IMG/VR virus record: IMGVR_UViG_3300002301_000058
Location: 1-26,862 of that record
Source: a virus
Taxonomy: Duplodnaviria; Caudoviricetes
DNA: 26,862 nt
Direction: 5' to 3' (one strand)
Both the position numbers and the translations under genes were made by a program. This document shows positions 7,414-15,689 of the stretch, in pieces. The notes under the pieces are model-generated. The model saw only the letters and a list, made by a program, of their open reading frames with translations. It ran no database searches and was not told where the DNA came from. Numbering within the stretch: the first letter of the stretch is position 1; each line of letters begins with the position of its first letter.

Positions 7414-7610
7414 GTTCGTGGCGCATTCAAAACTTTTGTCCGCAGGGCTTCGATTGCGGCAATTGCCTGTGCCATGTTTTGCTTCTGCTCTGCGGCGGCT
7501 GATGGATCGTCCGGGATCGGGAGCGTTGGGATATGCTCCAATGTTGTATCGAAGCACATTATCAAAATGCCGACTTCATCGTCATTGAGCGAGAGTGTTG
7601 TGTCGCTCAT
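7410..7610 (-). CDS. hypothetical protein
   Basis: ATG at 7610 (MSDTTLSL...), 66 aa, overlapping-stop coupling. Confidence 0.6.
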   Translation of the reverse strand: MSDTTLSLNDDEVGILIMCFDTTLEHIPTLPIPDDPSAAAEQKQNMAQAIAAIEALRTKVLNAPRT

Positions 7611-8389
7611 AGCGACGCCATGTAGGCATTGAGTTGCGCCCAATTGATGCTTTCAGGCGATTTGCCCGTCGCGAGCAGATATTCCTGGCTGAGAAATGAA
7701 ATGCCACCATACGGAGCCGGGTACATATATTTTTCGACGTACTCTGGGGTAGCCGCTTGTAATCTGCCCCATGTCACGATTATTCGATTCCCGGCAGTGT
7801 TCCGACCGACATAGGCGGTGTAATGGCCGGCTCCGGGTGCGCCGCTGGTATCATCCCACGGCTCTTCTGCCCGGAATTGCGCCTCGGCATTATCGGGAAG
7901 CTGCCAGCAGATCGCGGCGGCCCCGAAAAGGTAACACGCCAAGTCGAGATGATCGAGGTCGCCGATAGAGGCAAAAGGCCCGATCTTGTGGACGCCGCCC
8001 GCCGCGTCCGTGATGCCCACGGTTTGCCGCCAGCTCGCCAAGGCTACCGGATCGAGTCCGGTATCGGTCGCCGGGTTGTTCGGGTCGTAGGATGCCCCGC
8101 CTTGGGCCACAAGTGCGCGGCTATAGTCCGCAATGCCGGAGGCGTCGGTGAAGGGAGGGATGGGCCGATGCGTAGCCCAGAACCACGTCTGTGTCTCGTG
8201 ACATGCCCCGGCTATACTACAGTCGCCCGCCTGGAAATTTCCGCAGCCACCCCAGCCGCCAGCGACGGGCGGTTGATCTGCGCCGACGTGCCCGAATACT
8301 TTGGGCACGGCCGGCAAGTTGGCGCGAACGAGGTAATCCCCGAAGCGAAGGCGGGGCGGCTCGGTTGGGAACAGCAGCCCTCGCTTCAT
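7607..8389 (-). CDS. papain-like cysteine peptidase
   Basis: ATG at 8389; Q-x-GDCSIA nucleophile, GHY, IVTWG in papain order. Confidence 0.7.
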   Translation of the reverse strand: MKRGLLFPTEPPRLRFGDYLVRANLPAVPKVFGHVGADQPPVAGGWGGCGNFQAGDCSIAGACHETQTWFWATHRPIPPFTDASGIADYSRALVAQGGASYDPNNPATDTGLDPVALASWRQTVGITDAAGGVHKIGPFASIGDLDHLDLACYLFGAAAICWQLPDNAEAQFRAEEPWDDTSGAPGAGHYTAYVGRNTAGNRIIVTWGRLQAATPEYVEKYMYPAPYGGISFLSQEYLLATGKSPESINWAQLNAYMASL

Positions 8390-8393
8390 CGGA

Positions 8394-8975
8394 CTACCGG
8401 AAGCGGCGATGCAGGCGACCGCTTGCGCGATGGACCAGCAGGTTGAGGTAGTATTGCGAGTTCTGGCCGAAAGCAGCGCGGAACTTGCCAGATGTCGTCG
8501 GTGCGGCCGGGGCAGCACTTGCGAGCGATTGAGCCTGCGGAATTAGCGCCGTGACCATCCCTACCATTGCCTCGATGGCCGGTAGAGCGGCGATGACAAT
8601 TCCGATGATTGAGGCCGCTGATCCAATGCCGGGGATAGCACTGATGAGTGGCAGGACAATCGGCGCAAGTTCGTTGATGTAACTCTCGATAGTAGTCAGG
8701 AGGCTCGCGCCTGCCGCTGGCGTGACCACACTGCTGACACCCGTAGCAACGGACTGAATGTCGGCAATGATGGTCTGGATGGTCGAAAGCGTGCCGGCAG
8801 CAATGGTGCCAGTCGGTAGTGCCGACAGGACCGAACCGAGCTCGTCTGATACGGCTTGGATGGCCTGTGCGAATGCAGCGACGTTGAACGTGGTCGTGCC
8901 GCCACTGGAAGCGCAGCCGGCGAGAGCAAGTGCAGCGGGAGCGGTCGTGAGAAGAAGAGCTCGACGAGAAAGCAT
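8394..8975 (-). CDS. twin-arginine lipoprotein, Ala/Ile-rich amphipathic
   Basis: MLSRRALL Tat motif and LAGC lipobox. Confidence 0.75.
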   Translation of the reverse strand: MLSRRALLLTTAPAALALAGCASSGGTTTFNVAAFAQAIQAVSDELGSVLSALPTGTIAAGTLSTIQTIIADIQSVATGVSSVVTPAAGASLLTTIESYINELAPIVLPLISAIPGIGSAASIIGIVIAALPAIEAMVGMVTALIPQAQSLASAAPAAPTTSGKFRAAFGQNSQYYLNLLVHRASGRLHRRFR

Positions 8976-8984
8976 TAGAAACTC

Positions 8985-9290
8985 CTATTTATTTGGGACC
9001 ACCTTATCATGGTCAAGTGAAGCTGCAGTAGCAGGTGAAACCTCAATCTTTGTGACGCTCGGATCATTTGCGGCGCTCGAGACGCGGCTTGCCGTGGTCA
9101 TCGCCGAGCCATTGAGCGCAGTAAGAAAGGCGGATCCAAGGGTTGCGAAAATTCCGCACCAAGCAGTGACAATCGGCACCCATCCTGCCGGGATCGCGCC
9201 AGTTAGAGCGAGCGTACCCTGTGAAACCGCGATGGCGACCGTGACGACGAAGCTAATCCAGAAGCGGATTGTCGGGTCAATGACTGGCAT
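8985..9290 (-). CDS. holin-like two-TM membrane protein
   Basis: ATG at 9290; two hydrophobic helices then a polar tail; lies in the lysis region. Confidence 0.6.
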   Translation of the reverse strand: MPVIDPTIRFWISFVVTVAIAVSQGTLALTGAIPAGWVPIVTAWCGIFATLGSAFLTALNGSAMTTASRVSSAANDPSVTKIEVSPATAASLDHDKVVPNK

Positions 9291-9435
9291 TGCAAGGCTC
9301 CTTGGCGAATCTTTCGTGCAGCTGTGATAGTAAGCCTTCCATCGCGACGCGACGAAGACGTAGCTTGCGGCGCGTCCACCAAACCCCGGCACCGAAACCA
9401 ATCCCGAAGATAACAGCGTCAATCACGATTGGCAT
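9277..9435 (-). CDS. 52 aa single-TM protein (not in ORF track)
   Basis: MPIVIDAVIFGIGFGAGVWWTRRKLRLRR...; fills the operon gap. Confidence 0.5.
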   Translation of the reverse strand: MPIVIDAVIFGIGFGAGVWWTRRKLRLRRVAMEGLLSQLHERFAKEPCNASH

Positions 9436-9847
9436 CATCGACCAGCGCCCGCAGCCGAGCCTTATCCTCTGGCAGTAGATACCATCCCTCGCGCGCCTGC
9501 ACCATCAGTTTTATGCCAGCCTTGGCCAGCTTGCGACCTGTCCTTGACGCAGTCTGGTGGATGATATTGGAGCCGGGATGGTCGACGTCGGCGCGTCCGG
9601 CATAAATCGCCCGGAAGGCGATCTCCTCCGAGACGATCTTGTGCTTGAGTACGAGACTCACGAATTGCCATTCAGTCTTGGTCAGGCCGGCGGGACGGAA
9701 CTTGGCCTCGGAAACCAAACCGAGAAGTGCTTCTAGCTCCTCGATACGGTCTTGAAGCTTTTGGATCTCAGCCGCGCATGAGCATCCAGAGCACGAGCAT
9801 CCCGGCGGCGATGCCGAAGCCGATGAGGGCGCGGACGAGGCGCTCAC
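9419..9847 (-). CDS. OmpR/CtrA-type winged-helix DNA-binding protein lacking a receiver domain
   Basis: GTG at 9847 (GTGA overlap); coiled coil LQDRIEELEALL, then GLTKTE...IY...RKL...GI.....GWYL. Confidence 0.7.
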   Translation of the reverse strand: MSASSAPSSASASPPGCSCSGCSCAAEIQKLQDRIEELEALLGLVSEAKFRPAGLTKTEWQFVSLVLKHKIVSEEIAFRAIYAGRADVDHPGSNIIHQTASRTGRKLAKAGIKLMVQAREGWYLLPEDKARLRALVDDANRD

Positions 9848-10041
9848 GCCTTCTCTGTGGCGCGGAATTTGTCGAGAACATCCACTGCCGTCTTGGCTAA
9901 TGCTGGCGAGAGATTGGCGGCGAGATCCGGTGGGATAAAACCCGCGGCCCATCCTGGAACTTCATTGTTGATGTCGGACTGCAGAACCGCTTGGAGCGCG
10001 GCGGAAACGGCAGCATAATCAGCAGCGGTTGCAGCCATCAC
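9844..10041 (-). CDS. hypothetical protein
   Basis: 65 aa, overlapping starts/stops with both neighbours. Confidence 0.6.
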   Translation of the reverse strand: MMAATAADYAAVSAALQAVLQSDINNEVPGWAAGFIPPDLAANLSPALAKTAVDVLDKFRATEKA

Positions 10042-10223
10042 AAAATCTCCTCATCGACTCCGACCTTGATCCAGATGCCCACGGCCAGCGGCCAAAGGAA
10101 GGCGAGCCAAATTAACAGAAGGATTGTCCGCACGCCATAGGTCGCCGGTCGGCCAAGCAGAAAACTGCCGATCCAGCCGAAGACCCAAAAAGCTATGAAG
10201 CACCAAAGGATCGTCAAATCCAT
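10038..10223 (-). CDS. small two-TM membrane protein
   Basis: 61 aa, two hydrophobic segments. Confidence 0.6.
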   Translation of the reverse strand: MDLTILWCFIAFWVFGWIGSFLLGRPATYGVRTILLLIWLAFLWPLAVGIWIKVGVDEEIL

Positions 10224-10330
10224 CGAATCACCAAACTGACGATCAGGCTGATGGCAAAAGCTATCACGGCCATTGCGACCAGCAGGCGACCGTACCGAGG
10301 CGGCGACGGGGGCGCGATGTAATCGTTCAT
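10214..10330 (-). CDS. 38 aa single-TM peptide
   Basis: ATG at 10330 overlapping the endolysin stop; LLVAMAVIAFAISLIVSLVI. Confidence 0.5.
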   Translation of the reverse strand: MNDYIAPPSPPRYGRLLVAMAVIAFAISLIVSLVIRWI

Positions 10331-11007
10331 GCCGCCGCCGCTGAAATTGCTGGACCGGGCCACGCTTGCATCAACATCTGTCTGTCGCCATTGAAGGCAT
10401 CCAAATCCGCGCCATTCTCTAGGCCTAGCACACTGTGCGGCTGCGGCCCTACGCCATCGCCGGTAAACTGGATCAGGAAGTTCGAAGTCCATGGCGGTAT
10501 TGGAGAGATCGATCTGAATAATTCTTCATTGTCTGCTGGCTGCAATCCGATATAGCGGGCTTGCCACAACGGCGTGATTTTCGCCATGTCGACCCACTTC
10601 GCCTGCTGAGGATCAATCTGCTCGCGTATTCGGTTGCCGCCGTAAATGATGCAAGCCCTTCCTCGTGCCTGATTGACTCGGTCTAAGAACTCGTAAGCTT
10701 GGTCCGCCGACATCTCCGACTGCGAGTTGTCCTCGAAATCAAGCGCCGCGAGATCCTCGCTAGCCAATTTGGCGAAGGCGAGGAAGCCGGCGACGTTGAC
10801 GGCCACGTTGTCACCAGTGCTGAAGTCGTAAGCGCCCCACAGGCCGCCCAGGCCCTTCCATGCGGCCATCCGCGAAGCATACGCTGGGTCACCATAGCCA
10901 ATGCCCTGCCGTGCCTTGTGAATGATGCCGAAGATCCCGGCCGCCTTGACCTGCGTGAAATTCACGGAATTGCCGTGATAAAGGTCAGCGACAGTCGGAA
11001 TGATCAT
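10327..11007 (-). CDS. endolysin, GH25 muramidase
   Basis: N-terminal DLYH, IHKA, GAYDF, catalytic LDFE (DxE), WQARY, QFT, C-terminal DLD. Confidence 0.9.
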   Translation of the reverse strand: MIIPTVADLYHGNSVNFTQVKAAGIFGIIHKARQGIGYGDPAYASRMAAWKGLGGLWGAYDFSTGDNVAVNVAGFLAFAKLASEDLAALDFEDNSQSEMSADQAYEFLDRVNQARGRACIIYGGNRIREQIDPQQAKWVDMAKITPLWQARYIGLQPADNEELFRSISPIPPWTSNFLIQFTGDGVGPQPHSVLGLENGADLDAFNGDRQMLMQAWPGPAISAAAA

Positions 11008-11018
11008 GGTCTCTTTCC

Positions 11019-11606
11019 TTAACCCTCCACGCCTCTAAGAAAACAACGTATATCGTGCAAGATTTGACTTTGAACGCCATTGTTATTTATCGTCGCGTAC
11101 ACTGGCCAGACAACTGTTCCGCCTGCTTTATTTGGCTCCGTAATAACAGCCTTATCTGGGACTAACCACCATTCATGCAAAAGGCGAACGCAATAATGTC
11201 CGACGTAATCTGCACCGTCGCCTTCGACTTTTTGACAAATTTGTCCTTCGCGCTGTACCGTCCAATCGACATCCTCAACCGTAATGCCGTCAGCATTTGA
11301 GCAGCAATTTCCTTTGCCGCTTGACAATTGATTGAACCAACCATGGAGCGGATTATTCGCATATCGCCCATCCAAGTCGCGCGAGAACGCGGCCACTACG
11401 AGAAATGTCCAGCCGACGAAAAGAATCAGCGTGATGAGAAGATATAGGATGAGCTTCGGGAGCCATTTGTCCTGCGGTATCGGCTGGAAAGTATCTCGCG
11501 GATCGCGCGGCCAATCACCGATTGGGGGGTCGATAAGTTTCGGATTCAAGGTTCGCTTGCGCTCATATTCCGCGCGTTTACTAATGATTCCGAAGTTTCT
11601 GCTCAT
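11019..11606 (-). CDS. membrane-anchored Cys-rich phage protein
   Basis: TM helix then CCSNADG...WWLVP..AV...IRCF. Confidence 0.7.
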   Translation of the reverse strand: MSRNFGIISKRAEYERKRTLNPKLIDPPIGDWPRDPRDTFQPIPQDKWLPKLILYLLITLILFVGWTFLVVAAFSRDLDGRYANNPLHGWFNQLSSGKGNCCSNADGITVEDVDWTVQREGQICQKVEGDGADYVGHYCVRLLHEWWLVPDKAVITEPNKAGGTVVWPVYATINNNGVQSQILHDIRCFLRGVEG

Positions 11607-13597
11607 CTGCGTGCCCTGAATGAATGCCGCGAGCGGAGGCTTTCCACTTCAGCGCGGAGATTGTCATTATCAGCTTTTAATTCTTTCACAGCACCGACGA
11701 GACGACCGATGATGCCAAATTCCTTCGGGCGTTCTGGCCGACCTTGGTCATCATAGCTAACGAGAAGCGGATCGGCTTTGGCTAGACTTTCCGCGCTGAC
11801 GCCATCTTGTCTCCCTGCGATGGCAGACTGATCATCATATACAAATGATATCGGATCGATCTTAGCTATTGCCGCAAGATTATTGATGAGCGGTTCGACA
11901 TCGTGTTTATAGCGCAGACTTGATGTGAGGCAACTGGAACTATCATGGCTAAAGCCATCGGTCGACGGATTCCAGCACACCAAATGCAAGGCGGCTGAAG
12001 TTGTCGGCAAAGCCACATATAGATTACCCCATGGACTCGCCGAAGTTCCTAAATATCCGCTGCCTCCAATAGTAATGAAACCAGTAGCAGTCATTGCATA
12101 TAGTGGCGTCGCTGCCTGTTCGAAATATATGGTATCGCCGCTTGCAGCATTGAGCACAGGATTACCCTGCAAGTTCAAATAAGCTCCTACAGCACCATTT
12201 ATCTGACTAATGGTCGGTGTCGTAATCGTCGGCGATGTCTGCAACACAATATCGCCAGAGCCGGTGACGATGCCGGCGATGCTGCTACTTACCGTCAAGT
12301 TAGTGATTGTCGGAGATGACAAAGCCGCCGATGAACTAAGAACCACGCTTCCGCTGCCGGTGACAGTTGCGAGGTCCGCTGTCGTCACCAAGCCAGTCGC
12401 AGTAAAGGTTCCGGTTATGGTCGGGCTTGCGATTGTTGGCGACGTAGCCAAAACCACCGATGAACCAGAACCAGTCTTGGTGGCAAGATCGGCTGCGGTA
12501 ACAAGTCCCGTAGCGGTGAAGCTGGAACTGACGGTCAAACCGTCAGAGAATGTCGCGGCACCAGTCCAAGTATTCGAATTGGCAAGATTGATCGCAAGCG
12601 TGACAGTTCCGGTATATGGCCCGCTCCCGGTGCCCGCGATCGTAAGCGTGGTGTCGGACACCGGATTGCCGACAGAAGCAACAGCGGCCGATCCGGTACA
12701 TGCTCCCCATGATGGCGCAGAGCTTGATCCGCTGAGTAGGCATTCACCAGCCGTAACCGTGCCGGATAGAACTGCAAACGCCGAGGAGGTCGAATAGACA
12801 ATACCGCCGTTGGAAGCCGTCAGACTAGCCGCCGTTCCCCCAGAAGCGAGGTTGAGTGGCGTATTGAGAAGAACCGTGCCGGTAACGGCCAAAGCGTTTC
12901 CGCCTATGGACGCCCCTCCTAGGGCCAATGAAGTGCCACTGGCGACGCCAAGGGTCGGCGTAGTCAAGACGATGTTGGTAGCTGCAAGTCCGCTAGGTAA
13001 CGTGGTAGACATCGACGGCACCCCGCTGCCATTTGTCCCCAAGACGGCATTGTTGGCGGTAGCTAGATTGCCAAGCACTCCGCCATTGTCATAAAGCACG
13101 CCATTGGTCGTTCCCGACGTGATATTAGTCGAACCGACGCCGATGCTGGTCGCAACGGCACCAACAGCAGTTATGACGCCACCACTAGAACAAGTGATGG
13201 TCGAGCCGTCGCATTGGACAATGCCAAGGCTGATGTTCGTTCCTAGCGGAAGTTGTCCGGTGCCAATCAGCGGCCCGATAGTGATGCCAGCGACCTGAAC
13301 AAATAAACCTGATGAAGTTGCCCATAGATCACCGTTGTTTGGTGACGTTGGTGCCGTACCGGGAGGAATGTTGAAGCCAGCCGCAGCGGTTGTTGCTGCC
13401 GCCGTGAGCAAAGGGCCGCCCATCGTGCAACCGGAAACAATGCAAGGCGCGGCTCCAAGATAGTCCTGCTTCCCCGCAAAATAACTATTCCACTGTCCCG
13501 CCGTTGGAACTTGCCCATACGAAAGATTCGGACTGGTCTGCGCGAATGCTGGTCCGGCGAGAACGATGCCGACGAAAAAGACTATCGCTCTGAGCAT
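11603..13597 (-). CDS. tail fibre/spike with C-terminal intramolecular chaperone (peptidase S74-like)
   Basis: Gly/Thr/Ser-rich repeats; TSSLRYKHDV autocleavage motif; terminal LVGAVKEL coiled coil. Confidence 0.85.
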   Translation of the reverse strand: MLRAIVFFVGIVLAGPAFAQTSPNLSYGQVPTAGQWNSYFAGKQDYLGAAPCIVSGCTMGGPLLTAAATTAAAGFNIPPGTAPTSPNNGDLWATSSGLFVQVAGITIGPLIGTGQLPLGTNISLGIVQCDGSTITCSSGGVITAVGAVATSIGVGSTNITSGTTNGVLYDNGGVLGNLATANNAVLGTNGSGVPSMSTTLPSGLAATNIVLTTPTLGVASGTSLALGGASIGGNALAVTGTVLLNTPLNLASGGTAASLTASNGGIVYSTSSAFAVLSGTVTAGECLLSGSSSAPSWGACTGSAAVASVGNPVSDTTLTIAGTGSGPYTGTVTLAINLANSNTWTGAATFSDGLTVSSSFTATGLVTAADLATKTGSGSSVVLATSPTIASPTITGTFTATGLVTTADLATVTGSGSVVLSSSAALSSPTITNLTVSSSIAGIVTGSGDIVLQTSPTITTPTISQINGAVGAYLNLQGNPVLNAASGDTIYFEQAATPLYAMTATGFITIGGSGYLGTSASPWGNLYVALPTTSAALHLVCWNPSTDGFSHDSSSCLTSSLRYKHDVEPLINNLAAIAKIDPISFVYDDQSAIAGRQDGVSAESLAKADPLLVSYDDQGRPERPKEFGIIGRLVGAVKELKADNDNLRAEVESLRSRHSFRARR

Positions 13598-13606
13598 TTT
13601 GCGTCC

Positions 13607-15016
13607 TCAATACTTGACCATCGTTGTCGCGAACTGGACGGGCTGAACTGAAGTAAATGGCGTGCCGCTTCCGCCTGATGCGGCCGTGCCACTGCCGCTG
13701 AAGCTTCCAGACATATTTGGCAACGTATTGGAATCGGTTATCGTCGGCGCTGAAGCAGTTAAAAAAATATTAGTGCCGGCACCATTAACGAAAGAGGCAT
13801 TATATGGTGGCCCAGATGCAGTAACGTATGAACCCGGAACTGGCGAAATAGAATGATTATGGATACCTTGACCCGCTGGAATATTAACGCTGCCATTGCT
13901 TCCGCTGACAGTGACCGAGAAATTTACGTTGGGCAGATTGGCTTGGGCGATGGTCTGGCTTTGCGAGCCGCATCTAGCGCCGATGGTCGTATCATTTCCG
14001 CAAGACGAAAGCCGCGAGGCATTACCATTGCTGCCTTGACTGTCTTGGCCGACAAGAAGTTGCCCGCGCCCATCTGGAAGTCTAAATTGACCGCCCGGAC
14101 ACCCGCCGCCGCCCCAATTCGCACCCACGACGGAATAAAGATCAGCATATGTCGTCGTGGATTGGCAACTGCCATCAATGGCAAGCCACCCTGGCGGCAA
14201 TGTTCCTGTGCCGGTGACATAGGTCTTAACCTCACCGATCAATGCCTGACCGCAGGACGTGCATTGATATTCGGCACCATCATAAATGAGCGTGATTTGT
14301 TGGCCGGCGATAATCTCTCCGCCGACTGACATCGTTGCCCCGAGTTGGCTCTGCCGATAGACATTAACGAGGCCGGTTCCTACAGCATTGACTTGAAGCG
14401 GACCAGTATTCGTGAATCCGGCCTTGAACCGTAATGTATTCCCGGCAGTGAGATTGAAGTTCGATGGGCTCGTTGTTGAAACGACCTGCGCATTAGCCGA
14501 TCCGGTTGATGCGGCGGTCGAGACAAATACATTGATTGCTGGTTGCGCACAGTATCCAAGCCAGTTTGCGCCTCCGGTGTCGGGATCGGACGTATTGTTA
14601 TCGACTGAGGATGTCCACCAGCAGTTTGCATTCGACGCTTGCTGAAGTATTGCACCCTTCGGATAGCCGCCGATCGAAGCCGAAAATGCGGAATCATATC
14701 CAACTGTCGCGCCCGCATTCTGCCACTGCGACCATTGCGTGATCTGGCGCAGGATGCCATTCATATCCTGGCCGAACGGCGGACAACCGCCAGCCGTCGC
14801 TGGAATGAACGTCAATGGCGGGAAACCATCAGTTAGAGACGCCGCGCAATTAACGACGCCGATCTGCGATGGGACTGGAATGTTTCGGATGTAATTCGTG
14901 CCGGCAGATTGTCCCCAAAAAAGCGGAAACTTAGAGGGTTCCGCCGATTGTTGCATCGCGCTGGCAGATATCGCCGAAAACGCGAGGATGAGAAGTCCGA
15001 GCACGAATTTTTTCAT
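13607..15016 (-). CDS. tail fibre protein with tail-collar domain
   Basis: ASLTDGFPPLT/PPFGQDMNGIL/IGGYPKGA baseplate-anchor region; collar motif PPGWLAIDG...YADLYSVVG...FRLPDGRG. Confidence 0.88.
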   Translation of the reverse strand: MKKFVLGLLILAFSAISASAMQQSAEPSKFPLFWGQSAGTNYIRNIPVPSQIGVVNCAASLTDGFPPLTFIPATAGGCPPFGQDMNGILRQITQWSQWQNAGATVGYDSAFSASIGGYPKGAILQQASNANCWWTSSVDNNTSDPDTGGANWLGYCAQPAINVFVSTAASTGSANAQVVSTTSPSNFNLTAGNTLRFKAGFTNTGPLQVNAVGTGLVNVYRQSQLGATMSVGGEIIAGQQITLIYDGAEYQCTSCGQALIGEVKTYVTGTGTLPPGWLAIDGSCQSTTTYADLYSVVGANWGGGGCPGGQFRLPDGRGQLLVGQDSQGSNGNASRLSSCGNDTTIGARCGSQSQTIAQANLPNVNFSVTVSGSNGSVNIPAGQGIHNHSISPVPGSYVTASGPPYNASFVNGAGTNIFLTASAPTITDSNTLPNMSGSFSGSGTAASGGSGTPFTSVQPVQFATTMVKY

Positions 15017-15685
15017 TTATGGCACCACCTGCTGCAGTTGAATTGCCACGCCGCACGGCGCCGGCAACGCCCCAGTCGTCGTCACGATTGCTAAGTCAGC
15101 TATCCCTAGCGCAAACTGGAACACCAGCGTCACGCTCATGTTCAGATTGTTGCGGACATAACACGTTCCCCGCCCCTCGAAAAGATTGAGCAGGATTTGA
15201 TTCCAAGCCGGGATAGAGCCGTCCCAGATATTCGTGGCGGCTTTGGCAAGAATCAGTCGGCGAAAATCCGTATCGCTGAGGTCGTAGTTGGTCGTGATAG
15301 AGCCGCCGCTATAGAAGATGCCTTGACCGAACCCGGTCCAGCTGGATCCTGCTTCTTGGAAGCCAAGATATTCCGCTTCGCCGGGAAGCTGTAGTGTGCG
15401 CTGGACGCCGACAATGCGGCCTAATGAGTCGAGGCCCTCGCCTTCGGCGGAATCAATCCACCAAACCCAATCAAAAAGGTTGTCAAAATTCTCCGTCATA
15501 TCGATCGCTGCGTTGTATGCAGTAATCAGCGAAAGAAGAATCGGAGAGTCGCCGTATTGAGCCAATACGGTAATAAAAGGATCCCACGGCGTAATCGTGC
15601 CGATGGGCGAAATACCAATCTGAAACTCGCCGATGGCATTGCTGCCTGGCGCAGGATTCGGATGTGGGTAGGGAATCGTAGCCAT
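15017..15685 (-). CDS. baseplate wedge protein (DUF2612-like)
   Basis: QY..SP, IDSAEGEGLDSLGRIVGV.R, LSDTDFRRLILAKA; located after baseplate J. Confidence 0.85.
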   Translation of the reverse strand: MATIPYPHPNPAPGSNAIGEFQIGISPIGTITPWDPFITVLAQYGDSPILLSLITAYNAAIDMTENFDNLFDWVWWIDSAEGEGLDSLGRIVGVQRTLQLPGEAEYLGFQEAGSSWTGFGQGIFYSGGSITTNYDLSDTDFRRLILAKAATNIWDGSIPAWNQILLNLFEGRGTCYVRNNLNMSVTLVFQFALGIADLAIVTTTGALPAPCGVAIQLQQVVP

Positions 15686-15689
15686 AACT

